From Candidatus Dojkabacteria bacterium (GTDB taxonomy: Bacteria > Patescibacteriota > Dojkabacteria > SC72 > JAFGCJ01), in assembly GCA_016932785.1 (NCBI GenBank), contig JAFGCJ010000001.1, forward strand, positions 10,909-74,908: DNA of 64,000 nucleotides. The letters are read 5' to 3'. The position numbers and the translations under genes are program-made. The notes beneath the pieces were generated by a model that was given only the letters and a program-made list of their open reading frames with translations, had not been told where the DNA came from and did no database searches. Shown piece by piece: positions 19,240 to 28,437 of this stretch. The first letter of the stretch is position 1. Each line of letters opens with the position of its first letter.

Positions 19240-21831
19240 ATGGAAATAGTATTTGTTGGATTGTTTGTAATAGGGCTCGGAATACTTGTATACCTTATCT
19301 TTTTCCGAAAAAAAGAGGAAGAAATTGTATTTGAAGAGGTAAGGGATCCCGTTGTTATACATATTGCTGTCCCGAGACAAAACGATAAAACTCCTCTTGC
19401 GGCTGAGCAGATGTTTGCGTCTCTTCATGGTATTTTGAGAGATAATAAAAGATCTACTGATTTTCTAAGTTTTGAGATTGTTTCAGATAAGGGGCAGGGG
19501 GTTAATTTCTATGCTGTTGTTCCGGGGTATCTTGTGAAATTTGTTGAAGGGCAGATCTATGCTCAATATCCAAATGCCGAAATAGCTGTGGTCAACGATT
19601 ATATTGATGTTGCGGTTTCTGGTGCTGATCCGTCAACGTACAGTCCGTACATTTCTACAGGGGAAATAGAGTTAGCAAAAGACTTCATTTTTCCAATAAA
19701 GACCTTTCGTGATTTCGATGTAGATCCACTTTCTGCTATCACAAGTGCTCTTTCGGCGGTAGAGGATGGAGAACAAGTCATGATTCAGATTTTAATACGT
19801 CCTGTGGCCAATTACTGGCAGGATTGGGCTAAAGAGTATATTGAAGCCGTTCGTGAAGGGAAAGACCCTTCTGTAAAGTCTGGTGGGTTGTTGGGTTCAA
19901 TGGCTAAGGGGGTGTTTAGTGTTATAGTGGGTGCTCTGGATGTGTTTATGGGACCTTCCTCGGATGGATCCGGTAGGCCTGAGCAGAAGCCTGTAGTAAA
20001 ATTACTACCAGGGCAGGAGGAGGAGCTTACCCAAATTAGTGAAAAGATGACAAGGGTCGGTTTTGAAGTTGCGGTTAGAGTAATTATAAAGGCATTGGAT
20101 GCAGGTAGGTCCGAACAGTTGCTGAGAGATGTTATAGCATCGTTTAAGCAGTTTACCACGGCTAATCTGAACGGATTTACTCAGTCCAAAGTTAATAAGA
20201 CTGGGTCTCAAATGTATGATGAGTATCGTAGTAGATATTTGAGTGCTGACTGTACAGATATTCTTACAATCTCTGAGCTTGCATCCTTATATCATCTTCC
20301 TAATATTTCAGTTGAGACTCCCAATATTAGCTGGTCAAGAGCAAAGAAGTCTGAGCCTCCAATGAATCTTCCTGTTGAAGATGCGACAATTTTTGCTGAG
20401 ACTGACTTTAGGGAGAGGCGTCAACAGTTTGGTATAAAAAAGGGAGATAGAAGACTTCACTTCTATTTGTTGGGGAAAACAGGCAGCGGCAAGTCTACAG
20501 TTTTTAAGAATATGATAACCTCGGATATTCTAGCTGGGGAAGGTGTGGCGGTCATTGATCCACACGGAGAGCTGGTAGAAGATCTCCTTAATTTTATTCC
20601 CTCAAATAGAATAAATGATGTTGTGTATTTTGATCCTGCAGATGTTGATAATCCAATAGGTTTTAATCTCCTGGAGCTTGATGATCAGGATCAGAGGGAT
20701 ATGGTTGCGGATGGGGTGGTTGAGGTTTTCAAAAAACATTTTGAGTATTCCTGGGGGCCGAGACTTCAATATGTTCTCACAAACGCTATTTTGACTATTC
20801 TGGAGGCTCAAGGACAGACGTTATTGGCAGTTCAGCGTATGCTTATTGATAAAAATTTCAGGAAGTTTGTGTTGAAGCAGGTAAAAGATCCGCTTCTTTT
20901 GAAGTTCTGGAATGACGAATATGCCAAAATGGAGACAAATTCCCGGCTTATTACAGAGGCTGTTGCGCCTATTCAGAATAAGGTTGGGAGGTTTCTAGCC
21001 TCTGCGACAATTAGAAATATTGTTGGTCAGGTTAAGTCTACAATCAATCTTAGAGAGATTATGGATGAGGGGAAAATTTTTCTTGTAAACCTGTCGCAGG
21101 GTAGACTCGGAGAGGAGAGTAGTGCTTTGCTTGGTGGAATGATCGTGACGAGACTTCAGACCACTGCTATGGAGAGGGTTGATACGGCTATGGAGAAAAG
21201 GCGTGACTTTTTCATGTTTGTTGATGAGTTTCAAAACTATGCTACGGACTCTTTTGCAAAGATATTGTCTGAGGCGCGAAAGTATCGGCTATGTCTGCAT
21301 CTTACCCATCAGTATATTGACCAGTTGCCGGAGAATGTCCGTACTGCCATATTTGGAAATGTTGGAACACTGGCGAGCTTTGTTGTCGGTCCAACTGATG
21401 CGATGGTTCTTGCCAAGGAGTTTGCTCCCGTCTTTGATGAAGAGGATATGGTGTCACTCGAGCGATACGCAATGTATCTCAAGTTGTCAATTGATGGTAT
21501 GGTATCAATACCGTTTAGTGCAAGGTCTCTAGATGTGAGGTACGAGCCTGGAAGCAACAGAGAAACGGTACTTCAGGTTTCCCGGGAGAGATATGGACGA
21601 CCTAGAGATGTTGTTGAGGATAAGATTAATCGTTGGTCCGGACAGACATATAGTGAGAAGGGAAATAGATCTGTAATGAGTGATGGAGAAGACCGGGAAA
21701 AAGGACGAGATTCAGAAAGAAAAGGGACCCAAGGTGATAATCGTAGTAAATCTGGAGGTTCAAATAAACGTAGCAACAATAATAGATCTTCTAGTGGTGG
21801 AAAAACCAGATCCAAAGATCCGAATTCCTAG
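19240..21831 (+). CDS. Membrane-anchored VirB4/VirD4(TrwB)/HerA-superfamily ATPase (coupling-protein-like)
   Basis: N-terminal TM helix; Walker A GKTGSGKS, IDPHGE, Walker B FMFVDEFQN, SEARKY, HQYIDQL, GNVGT. Confidence 0.9.
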   Translation: MEIVFVGLFVIGLGILVYLIFFRKKEEEIVFEEVRDPVVIHIAVPRQNDKTPLAAEQMFASLHGILRDNKRSTDFLSFEIVSDKGQGVNFYAVVPGYLVKFVEGQIYAQYPNAEIAVVNDYIDVAVSGADPSTYSPYISTGEIELAKDFIFPIKTFRDFDVDPLSAITSALSAVEDGEQVMIQILIRPVANYWQDWAKEYIEAVREGKDPSVKSGGLLGSMAKGVFSVIVGALDVFMGPSSDGSGRPEQKPVVKLLPGQEEELTQISEKMTRVGFEVAVRVIIKALDAGRSEQLLRDVIASFKQFTTANLNGFTQSKVNKTGSQMYDEYRSRYLSADCTDILTISELASLYHLPNISVETPNISWSRAKKSEPPMNLPVEDATIFAETDFRERRQQFGIKKGDRRLHFYLLGKTGSGKSTVFKNMITSDILAGEGVAVIDPHGELVEDLLNFIPSNRINDVVYFDPADVDNPIGFNLLELDDQDQRDMVADGVVEVFKKHFEYSWGPRLQYVLTNAILTILEAQGQTLLAVQRMLIDKNFRKFVLKQVKDPLLLKFWNDEYAKMETNSRLITEAVAPIQNKVGRFLASATIRNIVGQVKSTINLREIMDEGKIFLVNLSQGRLGEESSALLGGMIVTRLQTTAMERVDTAMEKRRDFFMFVDEFQNYATDSFAKILSEARKYRLCLHLTHQYIDQLPENVRTAIFGNVGTLASFVVGPTDAMVLAKEFAPVFDEEDMVSLERYAMYLKLSIDGMVSIPFSARSLDVRYEPGSNRETVLQVSRERYGRPRDVVEDKINRWSGQTYSEKGNRSVMSDGEDREKGRDSERKGTQGDNRSKSGGSNKRSNNNRSSSGGKTRSKDPNS

Positions 21832-21896
21832 TTTCAATAGTGTTTATGAAGTTAAAGAGTTATAATCATGTGTAACTAATTTGATAAGTGTAAGGT

Positions 21897-22691
21897 ATGT
21901 CGGGACATTCTAAATGGTCAACAATCAAACATAAGAAGGCCGCTCAGGACGCGAAGAAGGGTAAGATATTCACCAAACTTGGTCGTGCAATAACGATAGC
22001 TGCGAGGGAGGGCGGGGGAGATATTGAAACGAATTTTGCACTTAGACTTGCCGTGGACTCAGCTAAGCGTTCAAGTATGCCTCAGGATAACATTGAGAGA
22101 GCAATAAATCGTGGTACGGGAGAGGGTGATGAGGGTGTTAAAATGGAGCGTGCCGTTTATGGAGGGTATGGACCTGGAGGAATAGCTGTCGCCGTTGACG
22201 TTTTTACAGATAATAAGAACCGGACAGTCAGTGAATTGCGGAAGATATTCGAGAGCCACGGCGGTAGTCTTTCAGATGCCAGCTCGGTGCTTTGGCAGTT
22301 CAAGGAGAAGGGTAAGCTTATTGTGAAATGTGCAAAGCTTGAGAAGTCAGAAAAGTATGGCGAAGAAGATAAGGAGGTTCCGGTAGAGCGAAACGAGGTT
22401 ATGATGAAACTTATGGATGTTGACGGTATAGAGGATGTTTCAGAGTACGATGAAGAAGGAGGTGATAATTTTAAATTCTGCGAAGTCGTTACTGAACCGA
22501 AGAAACTCGCTAAGGTGAGAAATGATATTGATAAGTTAGGATATATTGTTGATAGTGCTGAAATGGCTAAGATACCAGATAACACTCAGTCCGTGGACGA
22601 TGCTGCCGCAGAGAAGCTGAGGGCACTTTTTGAGGATCTTGATGATCATGACGACGTTGAGAATATATGGTTTAATGCTGATGATATATAA
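21897..22691 (+). CDS. yebC: YebC/PmpR family protein
   Basis: MSGHSKWSTIKHKK, GYGPGG, TDNKNRT, DDHDDVENI. Confidence 0.98.
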   Translation: MSGHSKWSTIKHKKAAQDAKKGKIFTKLGRAITIAAREGGGDIETNFALRLAVDSAKRSSMPQDNIERAINRGTGEGDEGVKMERAVYGGYGPGGIAVAVDVFTDNKNRTVSELRKIFESHGGSLSDASSVLWQFKEKGKLIVKCAKLEKSEKYGEEDKEVPVERNEVMMKLMDVDGIEDVSEYDEEGGDNFKFCEVVTEPKKLAKVRNDIDKLGYIVDSAEMAKIPDNTQSVDDAAAEKLRALFEDLDDHDDVENIWFNADDI

Positions 22692-22713
22692 ATTCTTCTG
22701 TGATGATATTTAG

Positions 22714-23229
22714 ATGAGAGTGTTGGGGATTGATCCTGGGGTTGCTCTTACAGGCTGGGGTGTGATTGAAGAAAATTCTGGTTCTTCGACTGGACTAAAA
22801 ATGCTTGACTTTGGAGTTGTTAGAACCGATAAAAACGTTCCACATGCTGATCGCTTGGCGCTTATTTATAAAGAAATACAGAGCATTGTTAAAAAATATA
22901 GCCCAGAAATTGTAGCTGTCGAGCAATTATTTTTTTGTAAAAATTTAAAGACGGCTATTTCTGTGGGCGAGGCTAGGGGAGTTGTGCTTTTGGTTATTGC
23001 AAAGGCTCATATACCGATTAAAGAATTTACTCCTCTTCAAATTAAGGAAGCAGTTTGCGGATATGGGAAGGCGGAAAAGCAACAGGTCCAGAAGATGGTG
23101 GCATCGCTTCTTGATATGAAGGATATTCCTAGACCAGATGATGCCGCTGATGGCCTGGCTGTTGCAATATGTTGTGCGAACTCTGTTAAAATTGAACAGA
23201 AGATAAATTTGAATTCCGTAAACACGTGA
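22714..23229 (+). CDS. ruvC: Holliday junction resolvase RuvC
   Basis: LGIDPG...GWG, VAVEQLFF, GYGKAEKQQV, PDDAADGLAVA. Confidence 0.98.
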   Translation: MRVLGIDPGVALTGWGVIEENSGSSTGLKMLDFGVVRTDKNVPHADRLALIYKEIQSIVKKYSPEIVAVEQLFFCKNLKTAISVGEARGVVLLVIAKAHIPIKEFTPLQIKEAVCGYGKAEKQQVQKMVASLLDMKDIPRPDDAADGLAVAICCANSVKIEQKINLNSVNT

Positions 23230-23834
23230 TTTCGTATCTAAAAGGTAAGATCGTTGAAATTGGTGAGTCATACCTAGTTGTCTCGGATGCTTCTGGAGTA
23301 GGGTATAAGGTTTATGTGCCTGTTGAATCTGAGCCTTGGGTCAGTCTTGAATCAGAACAGGAGGTAGAGGTATATACCAGTCAGTATTTTCGTGAGAATG
23401 AACAGGGTTTATTTGGCTTCACATCTCCTGAGGAGCGAAATTTTTTTGAATTGCTAATAACCGTTTCTGGAGTCGGTCCGAAACTTGCGTCGACCTTGCT
23501 TGCAAATCTTGAGCATAAGGCCCTTGCTCAGATGATAGTCGAGGAGGACGTTCCAGGTATATCAAAGGTCCCTGGTATCGGCAAAAAGATGGCTGAAAGG
23601 CTTATCGTTGATCTTAGAGATAAAGTTTTTGGCTTTGAGAAAGGGTCTTCTGGTAAAAAACCGGTGGGCAGCTCAGAAGAAGTGGCTTTTCTTTCCCAGG
23701 CATTGGTAAGACTGGGCTTTGATAAACGTGAAATTGATGTAATGATTGATGAAGCTCAAGAGCTTTTTGTTGATGGTAAATCTGTGGAGGATGTGCTAAA
23801 AGATCTTCTTAGTCAAAGTAATCCCACCAGGTAG
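23226..23834 (+). CDS. ruvA: Holliday junction branch migration protein RuvA
   Basis: MISYLKG, GVGY, LFGF, VSGVGPK, VPGIGKKMAERL. Confidence 0.98.
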   Translation: MISYLKGKIVEIGESYLVVSDASGVGYKVYVPVESEPWVSLESEQEVEVYTSQYFRENEQGLFGFTSPEERNFFELLITVSGVGPKLASTLLANLEHKALAQMIVEEDVPGISKVPGIGKKMAERLIVDLRDKVFGFEKGSSGKKPVGSSEEVAFLSQALVRLGFDKREIDVMIDEAQELFVDGKSVEDVLKDLLSQSNPTR

Positions 23835-23901
23835 ATAAAGCGGGTTTTCCCTTCGGTGTATTCGGCTGTTTACTGTCTCAGGTGTGGTACAATATCCACT
23901 G

Positions 23902-24978
23902 ATGAATGCAAAGAAAGACGAATCCGTCGATGAAAATAGACTGCTTTCCGGTACTCCTCAAGATGAAGAGGAAAAAGAAGAGGTTACTCTTAGGCCTCAG
24001 GTCTTTGGAGACATAATTGGACGGAAGGATGAATGTGAGGCTATAAGGATTTTGATTGATGCGGCCAAGCAGCGGAAAGAGGCAGTAGATCATATACTTT
24101 TCCATGGTCCTCCAGGACTTGGGAAAACAACATTTGCCCATGTGGTTGCAAACGAAATGAGCTCTCAGATTAGAGTAACCTCTGGTCCGGCTATCGAGCG
24201 TCAGGGAGATCTTGCTGCCATTTTGACAAATCTTCAGCCAAATGATGTTTTATTTATTGATGAAATCCATAGATTGAAGCGAGGTATAGAGGAAATTCTT
24301 TATCCGGCCATGGAGGATTTCATGCTTGATTTTATTGTAGGGAAGGGGCCCTCTGCGCGGTCTGTAAGACTGAAACTTGCACATTTTACCTTAATCGGTG
24401 CTACCACGAAGATTGGATCTATTAGTTCCCCTCTTAGGGATCGATTTGGATTTGTTCAGAGATTGGATTACTTTGATGACTCTGATATTTCCGACTTGAT
24501 AATCAGGGCTGCGGGAATCTTGAGTCTTTCTATAGATAAGAGTGGCGCAGCCGAGATTGCCAGAAGATCTAGGGGAACGGCACGTGTTGCTCAAAGGATG
24601 CTCAAAAGAGTTAGAGATTACAGTCAGGTTGTTGGATCAAATGGAACTATTGATAAGAATATGGCCAGTAATGCTTTAGATAAGTTGGGAGTTGATGAGA
24701 TCGGACTCGATGATCTAGACCGAAAGATTCTTCGTGCGATCATTGAGAAATACTCCGGGGGACCTGTTGGTCTTTCTACTATAGCAGCAGCGGTTTCTGA
24801 AGAGCTTGAGACGATAGCTGATGTTTATGAACCATTTTTGATGCAAAAGGGACTTATAAAGAGAACTTCACGCGGCAGGGTGGCTACAGAGCTAGCGTAC
24901 ACTCATTTAGGACTTGAAGAGGAATGGAAAGGATCTGAAGAGCAGGATAAGAGTAAGGGACAACAAAGTTTAATCTAA
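23902..24978 (+). CDS. ruvB: Holliday junction branch migration helicase RuvB
   Basis: LRPQ, GPPGLGKTT, FIDEIHRL, GATT, PLRDRFG, YEPFL, RTSRGR. Start 23902 (or 23884). Confidence 0.99.
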   Translation: MNAKKDESVDENRLLSGTPQDEEEKEEVTLRPQVFGDIIGRKDECEAIRILIDAAKQRKEAVDHILFHGPPGLGKTTFAHVVANEMSSQIRVTSGPAIERQGDLAAILTNLQPNDVLFIDEIHRLKRGIEEILYPAMEDFMLDFIVGKGPSARSVRLKLAHFTLIGATTKIGSISSPLRDRFGFVQRLDYFDDSDISDLIIRAAGILSLSIDKSGAAEIARRSRGTARVAQRMLKRVRDYSQVVGSNGTIDKNMASNALDKLGVDEIGLDDLDRKILRAIIEKYSGGPVGLSTIAAAVSEELETIADVYEPFLMQKGLIKRTSRGRVATELAYTHLGLEEEWKGSEEQDKSKGQQSLI

Positions 24979-24984
24979 TTTCTA

Positions 24985-26016
24985 TTGTCGATGTTTGGAA
25001 TATCGTTAGGAAAAAAGAAGAAAGAGAAAATTGTTCCTCAGGTAAAAAGAGGCAATGGAGGTAATAATATAATTGAGAAGACGGTTCATGATACTGGGAA
25101 AAAGAAGGCGCCAGGTAAGCAGGAGTCAGTTTTTACAGATTTTTCGTCTGTAATTACCGGATCATTATCTGGAGGAAATGTCCCTTCACAGGTACGGGAT
25201 CCTGGTAAGCGTCAGAGAGTAATTGCTATCGCCGCTATAATTTCAGTATTGTTGTTTGTAATAAGGGTTTGGGGTTCGAGTGATTGGGTTTTCTGGGGAG
25301 CTGTTTATGTTGCAGTTGGTGCCGCATTATTAACTTATGTTGGATTGATCTGGGCCTTTAGGTTTCAGCTTAATAGAAGAGGGTACACGGTAGTTCTACC
25401 TCAGCCGGCGATGTATGCATTTAGCGCTGTTTTGTTTGTTGAGATATTTTTCTTTCAAGAATTTGAGCGTATTTATGAGTCTCTTATCTTTGGGCTGTTA
25501 TTGTTAGCGCTGTTTGTCTCACTTGTGACCTCTTTTTTGACGGCAAATGTTCTCAATGTTGCTACAATAAAAAAGATACCTCTTATTCGTGTAGCTCACA
25601 CGTCATCTTATATAATTTCTCTTTTAATAACGTACTTTATTTCTTTTTCCGCGATAACCAGCGGATTAGATGTATGGTTTCTTATTCCCATCCTTGCAGT
25701 TACCTATCTTGTTGTTTGTGGGCTTCATCTGGCCCATTTTCCACTTATAAGGAGCTATTTGATTTGGTATTCTGTTGGCATAGCTTTGTCCGCAGTCATG
25801 TTGGTTTCAGCCTTTCTTTTTTGGCCGTTGAGTGCCCTGATGGTAGCTCTAATACCGACGGTTGTTATCTATGTAGGACTTGGAATAATAATGCATAAAC
25901 TTGATAAAACTCTTAACTCCAGGTTGGGCTGGGAGTTTGGAATTCTTATAGGTGTCGTGCTTGTACTTTTTGCAATAAGGGCAAAGTGGGGAATAGGGGG
26001 ATACTTCTGGTCTTAA
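24985..26016 (+). CDS. Polytopic membrane protein of unknown function
   Basis: Hydrophilic N-terminus then about 9 hydrophobic segments; NVLNVATIKKIPLIRVA core. Confidence 0.8.
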   Translation: MSMFGISLGKKKKEKIVPQVKRGNGGNNIIEKTVHDTGKKKAPGKQESVFTDFSSVITGSLSGGNVPSQVRDPGKRQRVIAIAAIISVLLFVIRVWGSSDWVFWGAVYVAVGAALLTYVGLIWAFRFQLNRRGYTVVLPQPAMYAFSAVLFVEIFFFQEFERIYESLIFGLLLLALFVSLVTSFLTANVLNVATIKKIPLIRVAHTSSYIISLLITYFISFSAITSGLDVWFLIPILAVTYLVVCGLHLAHFPLIRSYLIWYSVGIALSAVMLVSAFLFWPLSALMVALIPTVVIYVGLGIIMHKLDKTLNSRLGWEFGILIGVVLVLFAIRAKWGIGGYFWS

Positions 26017-27054
26017 AGATTCTTTTTCTAATGGCTCGAAAGGTGGAAAGTAGTCTCTAGATGGCTTGAGATTACTTCAGGATTTAGATCTGTGTAAATA
26101 TCTTTTTATAGTAGTATTTCTGTGAGTTTAGGCTTATCGAATACCAAAGACTTTATTATTTTACGGACATTTTCCAATATGTGTTGTAAAGAAATCCTAT
26201 GATAGAGACCCAGAGTGGGGGAGTATGGAGCTCGGACATGGCCATGTCCCATAGTATTATAATATCCCATAGTACAGTAAGCGGTGGAAAACTATAGGGT
26301 GTATTATTTAATTAATTATTTGATGACAATTCATTAAATAATTTGAAAAACGATGAGGTATGCCGTCAAAACTAAGACAAAGTAGGAGTCTTCAATCCTA
26401 GAATGCCTGATTTTTCCCCTTTCAAGGTTATGCATACCTTGGTACCTGGCAAAACAGTGTTGTGAAACAGTGTATAAGCGTAACATTCAGAGGTGGTTTG
26501 TGGATAAGATGCGGTAACACGTAAGAAGACCTTGTGAGTATGTTTTTTCGAGTGAACTATAGCGGTTGAGCAAAATAGATGTATTTTAGTAGTAGGTTGA
26601 TCTATGCTTATGATCTGCTTACTCCTATTTAAAGCCATAATTCTTATTTATTGCCCTTTTGGTATAAATATGCTAAATTTTCGATATATAACAACCGAGT
26701 ATAATCACCCTTATACTCAGTTTGGTGTGGAGGTGATGCGGGGTAGTACCTTGTTTGGCATGTTTTAATTTTTGTTATTTTGAAGGTGTTTGCTAAGTGT
26801 TTGTCGTCTCAAAAAGTTAATTCAGATGATTTAACCCCTACTTATTTCATGATTTATTTATTTTTATATGCTAGAATGCATATGTTGACAATTTGTGGCT
26901 TTGTAACAAGGTTTTGTTATGATTTTGGGGGTAAGGTGCCCTACTTTATCAAGGAAAATTGGGCAAATGGTCTCGAAAAGGCTTTTATTACAACGTATTT
27001 TGATAGTTATTATTGACTGGATCGGTGGTTTTTATCTTTAGAGATGTTTAGGAA

Positions 27055-28428
27055 ATGCTTTTAAACTACTATAAATTAACAGATCAGGATGAGTACATAC
27101 TGGAGTTGCAGAATAACAACTACAGTAATAGGACGATATACAACTATGACCGCGATTTAAGCATTTTCGCAAGGTTTCTTGATCATCAGGAGGTGGATTT
27201 TGATAAGGTTGATAAGAAGACGATTACTTATTATAAGGGATATCTGAAATCCGGAGAGCATCTGTCTGTGCATCCAAAAGATAAGGAGTTGCTGGATGAG
27301 GCACTTGAGAGGGTGTCGAAATTGGTTTCGGAAGAAGAAATCGACTCCGAGGAGAGGCATAATGCGGAAAACGCTGATATAATAGCAAAAAACAGCCAAA
27401 ATCGCTCTAGAGGGTCTAGAACACGCGAAAACTATTTTCAGGAGATACAACATATCCAGAAGACCTTAAAAATGTTGAAAAATAGGCCAGATCGTGCTCC
27501 GGGGCTTCCAGGGGGTATGCGAAGGACAGCTTTGTCCAGTTCGGGTTCGTCCGGGGGTGGACTCAGCAGTCGAAGTATCAATCGGATGTTGTCATCCGTT
27601 CGTTCATACCTGAAATGGCGGGTGGATTTCGATATGGATGTTCCAATTCCGCCCGAGGCAATAAAATTGATAAAAACAGAACGAAAAAAACCGCAAGTCG
27701 CTGAATTAAAAGATTTAGTTGCATTAATTGAATGTCCATCGAAATTTGAAAAAGATCCGCGGGTAGCTGCAAGAAACCGCGCTATGCTGGAGTTATTGTT
27801 CAGTACAGGCATGAGAATTTCTGAACTTGTGGGTTTGAATATGGATCAGATCAATGAGCAAGGTAAGATTTTCATTATGGGAAAAGGGAAAAAAGAGCGT
27901 TTTGTGTATCTGACGCCGAGGGCTACGCATTATTTGGTGGAGTACCTGAGAGTAAGGGATTTGGCTTTAGATGAGGTAAAAACTGATGATTCTGTTAGAG
28001 ACATAGATTTGACTGAGGGTGGTGATAAAGGCCGTATTGACGGTGATTCTAAAGGTAGTAAAGGAGTAGGGGCCCCTACTCCGCCCGATCTGAAGGGATT
28101 TTCTAGGGTTGCCGCTGTGCGAAAATCCGGTGAAGCGTTGTTTATCCCCTACCGCGGGGGCCGTGAAGGCAGTGTCGGATCAAGAATTTCTACGAATTAT
28201 TTACAGGAAAAAATCGCTGAATACCGGCAAAGACTTGGGATTGTTGTACCTACTTCAGCGCACAGTCTGAGACATGGTTTTGCTACGTACCTGGCAGAAA
28301 ATGGTGCTAGTCCGGCCGCAATTCAGGTTTTGCTTGGTCACGAGAGTTTACAGACGACGACTAGATATGTGCATGCATCTGATAGGTTTGCACAGGAGAC
28401 TCATGAGAAAAAGCATCCGTTGAGGTGA
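27055..28428 (+). CDS. XerC/XerD-like tyrosine recombinase with two large insertions
   Basis: SAM-like N-terminus (YSNRTIYNYDRDL); catalytic R (STGMRISEL), K (GKGKK), HSLRH, LGH, TTRY. Confidence 0.93.
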   Translation: MLLNYYKLTDQDEYILELQNNNYSNRTIYNYDRDLSIFARFLDHQEVDFDKVDKKTITYYKGYLKSGEHLSVHPKDKELLDEALERVSKLVSEEEIDSEERHNAENADIIAKNSQNRSRGSRTRENYFQEIQHIQKTLKMLKNRPDRAPGLPGGMRRTALSSSGSSGGGLSSRSINRMLSSVRSYLKWRVDFDMDVPIPPEAIKLIKTERKKPQVAELKDLVALIECPSKFEKDPRVAARNRAMLELLFSTGMRISELVGLNMDQINEQGKIFIMGKGKKERFVYLTPRATHYLVEYLRVRDLALDEVKTDDSVRDIDLTEGGDKGRIDGDSKGSKGVGAPTPPDLKGFSRVAAVRKSGEALFIPYRGGREGSVGSRISTNYLQEKIAEYRQRLGIVVPTSAHSLRHGFATYLAENGASPAAIQVLLGHESLQTTTRYVHASDRFAQETHEKKHPLR

Positions 28429-28437
28429 AGGGAGGAA

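Noticed and set aside
26017..27054. oriC candidate (AT-rich gap, TGTGGATAA at 26499, gene orientation switch near 28430)
   Set aside because: Only one perfect box and no dnaA. By eye, + strand genes at both ends of the window keep G/T-ending codon bias, so no replichore switch is evident. A cumulative GC-skew plot would settle it.
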